Below are positions 57,089 to 64,000 of a stretch of DNA of 64,000 nt, piece after piece. The DNA is from an uncultured Alphaproteobacteria bacterium (GTDB lineage Bacteria > Pseudomonadota > Alphaproteobacteria > Rhizobiales > Hyphomicrobiaceae), in the NCBI GenBank assembly GCA_963786675.1, contig CAWAZY010000001.1:157102-221101 (forward strand). The letters are read 5' to 3'. Position 1 is the stretch's first letter. Each line of letters begins with the position of its first letter. A model generated the notes under the pieces. The model saw only the letters and a program-made list of their open reading frames with translations. It ran no database searches and was not told the DNA's origin. Made by a program: the position numbers and the translations under genes.

Positions 57089-58357
57089 ATGCATCATTTC
57101 GCCTATCACAACGGGACGCTGCACGCCGAAGGCGTCGACCTCGCCAAGCTCGCCGGCGAAATCGGCACACCGTTCTACTGCTATTCCAGCGCGACGCTCG
57201 AGCGGCATTTTAAGGTCTTGAGCAGCTCGTTTGCCGGCCAGGACCACCTCATCTGCTTTGCGGTCAAGGCAAACTCCAATCAGGCGGTGCTGGCGACTCT
57301 GGCCCGCCTCGGCGCGGGCATGGACGTCGTATCGGAAGGTGAGCTGCGCCGCGCACGCGCAGCCGGCGTGCCCGCCGACCGCATCATCTTCGCTGGCGTC
57401 GGCAAGACGCGCGAAGAAATGGCCTACGCGCTCAAAGAAGGAATCCTCGGCTTCAACGTCGAGAGCGTTCCCGAACTCGAGCAGCTGAACGACGTCGCCA
57501 TGAGCCTCGGCGTCCAGGCCTCGATTGCCATTCGGGTCAACCCGGACGTGGACGCCAAGACCCACGCGAAAATCTCAACCGGCAAGTCGGAGAATAAATT
57601 CGGCGTACCGTTCTTGGAGGCCCCCGCACTCTATGCCCGCGCGCAGGCGATGCCGGGCATTGCCATATCCGGCCTTCATATGCACATCGGCAGCCAGATC
57701 ACCGAGCTCGGTCCATTCCGCGACGCCTTCACGTTGATGCGCGAAATGGTACAGAACCTGGCGGCGCGCGGAATTACGCTGAAGCATCTCGACATCGGCG
57801 GTGGCCTCGGCGTTCCCTATCGCGCCGACAATGAATGGCCGCCCCATCCGGACGAGTACGCGCGCGTCGTGAAGGAAACGCTCGGCGATCTGGGCCTGCG
57901 GATCGTGATGGAGCCCGGCCGCATGATCTGCGGCAATGCCGGTATTCTTGTCACCCGGGTGATCTTCGTGAAGGAGGGTCAGGGCCGCCGTTTCGCCATT
58001 GTCGACGCGGCCATGAACGATCTCATCCGTCCGACGCTCTACGAGGCCCACCATGACGTCTGGCCGGTCGCCGACCCGCAGGGCGTGCACGACCTCGTCG
58101 TGCAGGATCTCGTCGGCCCGGTCTGCGAGACGGGCGACTATCTGGCGCTCGATCGTCCGTTGCCGGCGTTCAAGCCTGGAGACCTGTTATCGGTCATGAC
58201 GGCAGGCGCCTACGGAGCGGTCATGTCGTCCACCTACAACAGCCGCCTCCTGGTTCCAGAAATCCTCGTGAACGGCGATAACTTCGCGGTTGTGCGTCCC
58301 CGCCCCACCTACGACGATCTGATCGGCCTCGACCGCCTGCCTCCCTGGCTGACATGA
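57089..58357 (+). CDS. lysA: Diaminopimelate decarboxylase
   Basis: 422 aa with PLP-Lys context FAVKANSN, plus GGGLGVPY and CETGD motifs. Confidence 0.94.
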   Translation: MHHFAYHNGTLHAEGVDLAKLAGEIGTPFYCYSSATLERHFKVLSSSFAGQDHLICFAVKANSNQAVLATLARLGAGMDVVSEGELRRARAAGVPADRIIFAGVGKTREEMAYALKEGILGFNVESVPELEQLNDVAMSLGVQASIAIRVNPDVDAKTHAKISTGKSENKFGVPFLEAPALYARAQAMPGIAISGLHMHIGSQITELGPFRDAFTLMREMVQNLAARGITLKHLDIGGGLGVPYRADNEWPPHPDEYARVVKETLGDLGLRIVMEPGRMICGNAGILVTRVIFVKEGQGRRFAIVDAAMNDLIRPTLYEAHHDVWPVADPQGVHDLVVQDLVGPVCETGDYLALDRPLPAFKPGDLLSVMTAGAYGAVMSSTYNSRLLVPEILVNGDNFAVVRPRPTYDDLIGLDRLPPWLT

Positions 58358-58424
58358 CGTGCCAGATCACCTTATCCAGCCCGAATGAACGGCGCACCAA
58401 GGGTGAACATTTGACGCGATTGTA

Positions 58425-61151
58425 ATGATCGGGGTGCGGGACCCTATGGTAGATTTTCGGCCCATGGAGACCACGAACACACCCCCCGGCACCCACAATC
58501 CCGTTTTCGAGGCCAAGATTCGCAGGGCCCGATGGGCGATGGTGGCCGAACAGATATGGCTGCGCCTCTGGGTCCTGTTTGCCCTGGCGGCTTTCTTCGT
58601 GCTGCTGTCGCTGATCGATGTCTGGTCCTGGACCGGTCCCATAGGCCACACCGTCGGGCTCGCGCTGTTTGGGGCCGCGGGGATCGCATGGTTCGTCTAT
58701 CTGGCGCGCATCCGCTGGCCCTCGCGCGAGGAAGCCCTGCACCGCATCGAGCGCGTGTCGGGCATCCCCCATCGCCCGGCGACGTCCTACGAAGACACCC
58801 TGACGGCATCGTCGTCCGACCCCTCGACCCAAGCCATCTGGAGTGCCCACCGGCAGCGCATGGCCGAACTCGTCAAGCGTTTGCGGCCCGGCCGGCCGTC
58901 GCCTCGGACCGACCGCTTCGACCCCCTCGCGCTGCGGGTGCTGGTGGTACTCGGTGTCGTGCTCGGAGCTGCGTTTGCCGGCACGTCCGCCTTCGACAAG
59001 GTCGCGGAAGCGTTGCGGCCCGAGACCGGCTCCAAAGTCAGCGCGCAGCGCCTCGATGCATGGATGACGCCGCCCGCCTATACCGGCCGCGCGCCCATCA
59101 TGCTCGTGGATGGCGCCAACGCGGGCATCGTGGCGGCCGCGGCGGCGGACGGTGATCTCAAGCCCATCGAGGTGCCGGAAAAAAGTCAGCTGATCGTCCG
59201 CGCCAGTGGCGTCAATCGCATTCCGCTGGCCATTGAAATGTGGGCCGACGGCGCGACGGAGCCCCGCGAACGCATCGACGCGCCGCGCGATTCCGGCCCG
59301 GCCGCGGGTGTCGCGGAGGTGCGCGCGGACATCATGTCTTCCGGCGTGGTCAAGGTCGTTTCCGACGGCAAGGTTTTGGCGCAGTGGACGGTATCGATGA
59401 TACCGGACAACATCCCCGGCATCGCGCTGACCAAGAACCCCGAGCGGACCCAGCGCGGCGCGATGAAGCTCACCTACTTCGTGCAGGACGATTACGGCGT
59501 CGCCTCCGCGCAGGTGAAGTTCCAGCGCATCAAGGATCAGGACAAGGGCAGTCCGCAAACGGCCTGGGCGCGCGGTGAGCCCCTCAGTGGTCCGCGCCCG
59601 CCCTACACGCGCCCGCCCGAGCTATCCCTGCGCCTGCCCGCGCCCAATGCCAAGCAGGGCGAAGCCTTCACCTATCACGAGATCGGATCGCACCCCTGGG
59701 CTGGCCAGAAAGTGCTGATGACGCTGATTGCCACCGATGTCGGCGGCAAGACCGGCCAGAGCCCGGCGACCGAGATCGTTCTGCCGGAGCGCGCATTCAC
59801 CAAGCCTCTGGCGCGCGCCATCATCGAGCAGCGCAAGCTTCTGATCGAAGATCCCCGCTACGCGGATCGCGTGATCACGGCGCTGCAAGCCCTGACACTC
59901 GACCCGGAAGGCTTCATCGACGACGTTCGCGTGTACCTGCCCTTGCGGGCGGCCCTGCACAGGCTCGGACAGGATGACCGGTCGCGCGCAGTCATCGATA
60001 GCGTGATCGACCAGTTTTGGCATACCGCCCTGCGCATCGAGGATGGCGATCTCTCCGATGCCGAGAAGAACCTGCGTGACATTCAAGAGCAACTCGCCAA
60101 GGCGCTGGAAGACGGGGCGTCGGATGAGGAAATCCAGCGCTTGATGCAGGAACTGCGCAAGGCCTTCCAGGAATACGCCCAGCAGATCCAGAAACAGAAC
60201 GAACAGAACGGCGACCAGCAGAACGCGGACGGCCAGGATCAGGATCAGCAGCAGATGTCGGCCGAGGAAATCGACCGCATGATGCGCGAGATGGAAGAGA
60301 TGGCCAAGAATGGCATGCGCGAGCAGGCCAAGGAAATGCTGGCCGAAATGCGTGATCTGATGGAGCGCATGCAGCAAGGACAGCAGAACGCGGAACAGCA
60401 GAAGCAGAACAAGGAAATGCAGGACGCCATCCGCAAGATGGGCGAGGCCGTCGGCCAGCAGCAGGACATCATGGACGACACCTTCGAGGAGGGCCGCCAG
60501 CAGCAGCCCGGTCAGGGTCAGGGCCAGATGAAGCAATCGCAGCCGGGCCAGAAGGGCCAGCGTGGGCAAGGCATGCAAGCCGACCAGCGCAGCATGGGCA
60601 ATAGCCGCGGCGACGGTCAGGGCGAAATGGGCGTGCGCGAACGCGGCCAGGACGGCGATGGTCAGGGCAACGCCCAGGGCCAGGAGCGCCGCTCACAGCT
60701 GGCGCAACGTCAGGCCCAGCTGCGCGAGAAGGTCGACCAGATGCGCCGCGATATGCAGGAAAAGGGTCTCGGTGACGGTGAGGCGCTCGAATCCGCGGCG
60801 GACGCCATGGCGCGCGCCGAGGAGGCCTTGAACCGGGGCGACCTGGATGAAGCCGCCCAGCAGCAAGCCAACGCGCTTGAGCAATTGCGCGAAGGTGTGC
60901 AGCAGATGGCCGAGCAGATGCAGCAGAACGGCCAGCAGCAGACAGGCCAGAACGGCGATACGCCGCGCGATCCTTTTGGCCGGCCGCAGCGGTCCCAGGG
61001 CCCCGATCAGGGCCGGTCCGTCAAGGTTCCCGACCAGATCGACATGCAGCGCGCGCGGCAGGTATTGGAAGAACTGCGCCGGCGCCTCGGTGAAGCCCAG
61101 CGCCCGCAGGTCGAACTGGATTATCTGGAGCGGCTGCTGCGCTGGTATTGA
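58425..61151 (+). CDS. Large membrane-anchored protein of the TIGR02302/DUF4175-like type with a Gln/Glu/Met-rich coiled region
   Basis: 908 aa with N-terminal TM segments (LWVLFALAAFFVLLSLI; GLALFGAAGIAWFVYL). Its position after lysA is typical for this alphaproteobacterial family. An alternative start lies at 58464. Confidence 0.7.
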   Translation: MIGVRDPMVDFRPMETTNTPPGTHNPVFEAKIRRARWAMVAEQIWLRLWVLFALAAFFVLLSLIDVWSWTGPIGHTVGLALFGAAGIAWFVYLARIRWPSREEALHRIERVSGIPHRPATSYEDTLTASSSDPSTQAIWSAHRQRMAELVKRLRPGRPSPRTDRFDPLALRVLVVLGVVLGAAFAGTSAFDKVAEALRPETGSKVSAQRLDAWMTPPAYTGRAPIMLVDGANAGIVAAAAADGDLKPIEVPEKSQLIVRASGVNRIPLAIEMWADGATEPRERIDAPRDSGPAAGVAEVRADIMSSGVVKVVSDGKVLAQWTVSMIPDNIPGIALTKNPERTQRGAMKLTYFVQDDYGVASAQVKFQRIKDQDKGSPQTAWARGEPLSGPRPPYTRPPELSLRLPAPNAKQGEAFTYHEIGSHPWAGQKVLMTLIATDVGGKTGQSPATEIVLPERAFTKPLARAIIEQRKLLIEDPRYADRVITALQALTLDPEGFIDDVRVYLPLRAALHRLGQDDRSRAVIDSVIDQFWHTALRIEDGDLSDAEKNLRDIQEQLAKALEDGASDEEIQRLMQELRKAFQEYAQQIQKQNEQNGDQQNADGQDQDQQQMSAEEIDRMMREMEEMAKNGMREQAKEMLAEMRDLMERMQQGQQNAEQQKQNKEMQDAIRKMGEAVGQQQDIMDDTFEEGRQQQPGQGQGQMKQSQPGQKGQRGQGMQADQRSMGNSRGDGQGEMGVRERGQDGDGQGNAQGQERRSQLAQRQAQLREKVDQMRRDMQEKGLGDGEALESAADAMARAEEALNRGDLDEAAQQQANALEQLREGVQQMAEQMQQNGQQQTGQNGDTPRDPFGRPQRSQGPDQGRSVKVPDQIDMQRARQVLEELRRRLGEAQRPQVELDYLERLLRWY

Positions 61152-61191
61152 GCCCGGTCCTGACCGGCGCACCATCGCCTGCACGTGCCGC

Positions 61192-62172
61192 TCACGGCGC
61201 GGGCGCTATCCGCATCCCGAAACCGCCGATAATCTCGTGGCTCGTAAACCGGGTCTCGGCCCAGCCGCCGGGCGGTTCGGTGCCGCTCCACCACGCGCTG
61301 AACTGCCGCCACAGATCGACGGGCAGAATACTGCCGTCGCGCCCCGTGAGCGGCATGCGGTAATCTGCGAAGGTGAACTTGTATTCAAAGAACACCGAAG
61401 TACGCGGCAGACGGATTTCGATGCCGATGAGCGCCTGCGCCACCGGACCAGCGATTTGATACTCGTAGGTGCGTGACGGCTCTCCAATGACGTGCACTTC
61501 CGAATGCGGCAGCGACACGCCTGCACCGGCCCCCACATAAGGCGACAGCCGCAGCGAAAACGAGGGCAAACGCATGAGGCCATTGAGGGTTAGCATATTG
61601 TGGCCGTGGCTCGCTTCGAGCTTGCGGAAGACATCCCGCACAAGCGCCGTCTCCGGCGCGGGTTTGCCGTCGTAGGTGCCTTCGTACTGGATCTTCTCGT
61701 CGCGGATGGAGATGGCCTTGGAATGCGTGAAATCGAGCATGCTGCCGAAGCGGCCGCCCTCGAACCAGCGTGCGATGCGCACGCCGTAGTAGATCGGGTT
61801 GACGAACGGCAGCCCCTGCCAATCGACATCCTTGGCGGTAAAGTCGTGCACGCCCGGCTTGGTGATCTTGACGTCGCTTGGGTACGTGTAGGGCGATCCG
61901 CTATAGGCGGCGATCAGCCATTCTTTGCCGGGCGCTGCGAGCGTGCCGTTGCCTCCGCCCTGTTCCGGCCTGTCCGGGGCTGCGTCATCTGGTGATTTTG
62001 ATTGGGTACCGCCCTCGGCACCCGCCGCAGCCATGAGGACCACGAGAGCCAAGGCCGCCACGAAATTGACCGCGCATTCGGCGATGCGGGCGAATTCTCT
62101 GACGGGAGCCGAAGGCGCAATACTTTTCGCCGCTGGCCCCCAGCCATCGCTCCATGTGCTGCGTGTCGACAT
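61192..62172 (-). CDS. Probable outer-membrane beta-barrel protein (possibly LpxQ/lipid A oxidase-like)
   Basis: Signal-like segment VNFVAALALVVLMAAAGA. Alternating amphipathic strands, an aromatic-rich sequence, and the C-terminal ...IIGGFGMRI are consistent with a beta-barrel. The specific family call is tentative. Confidence 0.45.
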   Translation of the reverse strand: MSTRSTWSDGWGPAAKSIAPSAPVREFARIAECAVNFVAALALVVLMAAAGAEGGTQSKSPDDAAPDRPEQGGGNGTLAAPGKEWLIAAYSGSPYTYPSDVKITKPGVHDFTAKDVDWQGLPFVNPIYYGVRIARWFEGGRFGSMLDFTHSKAISIRDEKIQYEGTYDGKPAPETALVRDVFRKLEASHGHNMLTLNGLMRLPSFSLRLSPYVGAGAGVSLPHSEVHVIGEPSRTYEYQIAGPVAQALIGIEIRLPRTSVFFEYKFTFADYRMPLTGRDGSILPVDLWRQFSAWWSGTEPPGGWAETRFTSHEIIGGFGMRIAPAP

Positions 62173-62268
62173 CTGAAATTGCTCTTCTCATCCGCGCCCA
62201 CTGTAGCCGCTGGTCTGGTTAGCCGAACGCGCGGCGGCGGTCAAAGCGGCAGGAGGGTCCGATCACCG

Positions 62269-63372
62269 TTACGACGCACTGAGCCGCTTGAGCATGGCAT
62301 GGACGGCTTCGATCTGGGGTGCGGAACGGGTCAGGAAATCGCGATCGGCGTAGCCCCACCAATCCCAGCAGCCCTGCGGATTGGCGCCTGAGGCCTCCGT
62401 CTGTGGATAAAGAACGATCAACCGGTTGGTATCTGCCCAACGTTGATAACCCGCGTCATCAATGAAGGCATCGCCCACCGTTTCCCTGTTCTGGGCACAG
62501 CCGTGGAAAGCGATATGGACCCGGCAGCCGCCGCCGCGGCAGGTGTCGGGAACATAGACGACACCTTTGGCAGCCAGCCCATTGCGGCCCGAACGTCCGC
62601 GATACGCGCTCTGATCGAAGACGATCTTGCGGCCCGCCGCCTTGGCCGAGGCCGGTTGCAGGGGACCCAAGAGATGGGTCAACAGGTCCTTGGCCTGATC
62701 GTAATCGCAATCGACGATATACGGTTCGCCTGACTTGCTGCACGCGCTGCCTTCGCTTTCCGTGACAATGGCGTGCCCGGCCGGAACGTCCGAGACAAAC
62801 CGGATCTGCGCGTCGGGCAAGCCAAGCGCCCGGTAAAATCCGGCGGCACTGGCAACGATGGCCGGCAGGACCGTGCGATCGTTGGTGCCGGAGAAGAGGT
62901 AGACGCGATCCGTCACGACATCGGCGATGGGATCGATTTCGCCATCGGCGGCGCGTTGCCGTGCCCGCTCCGCCAGACCATTGGCGTCGGGCACGCCCCA
63001 CAGCGCCATGGCATTGAGCATGCACCCGGAGACGGCTTTGTTGGCGTTGAGCATGGTCGCGGCGGGACCGGCGACGAGGCCCGAGAACGCACTTTCCGCG
63101 CACCCGTAAGGACCGCCCGCGATGATCGCCGCACCGGTAACGGTCGACGCGTGTGCCATCTGGAACTGGCCCGCCATGTAGGCGCCGGATGAAATTCCCG
63201 ACACTGTGGTTTCCGCGATGCGGGCGCCGAGCGCTGGCAGCTTATCGGACGGTTCATCGGTGCATGCGGCAAGCCCGGCCAAAACGGCGAGGGCGGCGGC
63301 GCGCGCAATTGTGGCGAACATGATCGTCGGACCCCGGCTGGCGAGTTTCATGACCGCCGTTGTAGGCTGCAC
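62269..63372 (-). CDS. Polyhydroxybutyrate depolymerase-family esterase (lipoprotein)
   Basis: Lipobox LAGLAAC and the nucleophile elbow GISSGAYMAG, with later His/Asp-containing segments. It resembles extracellular type-2 scl-PHA depolymerase catalytic domains. Confidence 0.7.
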   Translation of the reverse strand: MQPTTAVMKLASRGPTIMFATIARAAALAVLAGLAACTDEPSDKLPALGARIAETTVSGISSGAYMAGQFQMAHASTVTGAAIIAGGPYGCAESAFSGLVAGPAATMLNANKAVSGCMLNAMALWGVPDANGLAERARQRAADGEIDPIADVVTDRVYLFSGTNDRTVLPAIVASAAGFYRALGLPDAQIRFVSDVPAGHAIVTESEGSACSKSGEPYIVDCDYDQAKDLLTHLLGPLQPASAKAAGRKIVFDQSAYRGRSGRNGLAAKGVVYVPDTCRGGGCRVHIAFHGCAQNRETVGDAFIDDAGYQRWADTNRLIVLYPQTEASGANPQGCWDWWGYADRDFLTRSAPQIEAVHAMLKRLSAS

Positions 63373-63382
63373 GGGCCCGGGC

Positions 63383-64000
63383 TTATCTGAGGCGAACCGT
63401 CACGCGGTCCGCTCGGCCGTTGGCATCGATCACCTGCAACTTCACGAAGCCACGGCCCGGCGGCGTCCATTCCACTTCCCGCGCACCTCCCGATGCCGCC
63501 ATCGGTGATCCATCGACAAGCCATGTGAGCGGCAGGGCCCCGCCCTCCGCCTTCAGCATCACCGGATCATCCGGATCGCGGCCGGCCAGATCCAACTCCG
63601 AGCGATCGGGCGGAAACGCAATCAGAGGCGCTGTTTCTAGAAACGGGCCCGACGTGACGGCCGCGGTATCCGGCCCTTCGCGGAATCGCTTCAACGGCGG
63701 GGGCAGATCGGCGCCGGCACGCTTGAATACGCCGGCCGGAGGCGCCGCCAGCGGCGTGCGCGTTTCGCTGATGCGCTGAAAAGCGTCGAACAGAATGGGT
63801 GCTGCCGCCAGCCGTCCCATGAGGCCCGGCACGGACGCGCCATCAGGCCGGCCGACCCACACCGCCACCGTGTGACGGCCATCGTACCCGGCGGCCCAAG
63901 CGTCGCGATACCCGTAGGATGTTCCGGTCTTGTAGGCGAGACGCCCGCCGCGCGCGTTCAAGGGGGCCGGGGCATCTTTCAGAATGTCGCCTACATACCA
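63383..64000 (-). CDS. pbpC: Penicillin-binding protein 1C, C-terminal part (gene continues beyond the window)
   Basis: KTGTSYGYRDAWAAGY transpeptidase motif followed by the PbpC-type C-terminal beta domain. The reading frame stays open to the window edge. Confidence 0.8.
   Translation of the reverse strand, partial: WYVGDILKDAPAPLNARGGRLAYKTGTSYGYRDAWAAGYDGRHTVAVWVGRPDGASVPGLMGRLAAAPILFDAFQRISETRTPLAAPPAGVFKRAGADLPPPLKRFREGPDTAAVTSGPFLETAPLIAFPPDRSELDLAGRDPDDPVMLKAEGGALPLTWLVDGSPMAASGGAREVEWTPPGRGFVKLQVIDANGRADRVTVRLR

Noticed and set aside
58221-60578. 445-aa and 318-aa minus-strand ORFs
   Set aside because: They are antisense to the 908-aa TIGR02302-like gene. One is Arg/Gly-rich and the other Leu-rich, mirroring the Gln/Glu-rich sense strand. 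Both are artefacts.

Overview
GC-rich chromosomal segment whose gene content and order look alphaproteobacterial. The Hyphomicrobiales-like assignment is an inference from synteny blocks such as hdaA-ppk-ppx, DUF2066/purM and argH-lipoprotein-lysA-TIGR02302-like; no search was run. I support about 60 protein-coding genes, mostly housekeeping: mraY(partial)-murF-murE, aspS, rnd, ppx, ppk, hdaA, purM, purN, ndk, ETF-QO, ispE, ispB, glyQ, dapE, dapD, argH, lysA, pbpC(partial). I recognised no rRNA, tRNA, CRISPR array, transposase or integrase by eye. Many long ORFs in the track are antisense or out-of-frame artefacts of high GC. Several track ORFs also carry spurious N-terminal extensions, which I trimmed to plausible starts. 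Six departures from the backbone stand out. (1) purM and purN are separated by a co-directional four-gene cassette: a PfkB kinase, a frameshifted AstE/AspA-type zinc hydrolase, a PGM1-like ATP-grasp ligase and a cytochrome c. I cannot place this combination in a known pathway. (2) A TetR + 2x TadE + secretin-N-domain-only + 2x Flp pilin block is wedged with almost no spacer between glyQ (no glyS follows) and dapE. It has no Tad motor or secretin genes, and one of the Flp genes is missing from the ORF track. (3) A degenerate 5 x 24-bp tandem repeat, each good unit holding the dyad GGTGC-AAA-GCACC, lies upstream of dapE. (4) murE-murF-mraY is cut off from ftsI and the rest of the dcw cluster. 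(5) There is a leaderless CAP-domain/RTX protein. (6) There are several small or internally repeated proteins of unknown function. Nothing here is demonstrably a defence or mobile system. The novelty claims are hypotheses that need database searches I cannot run.
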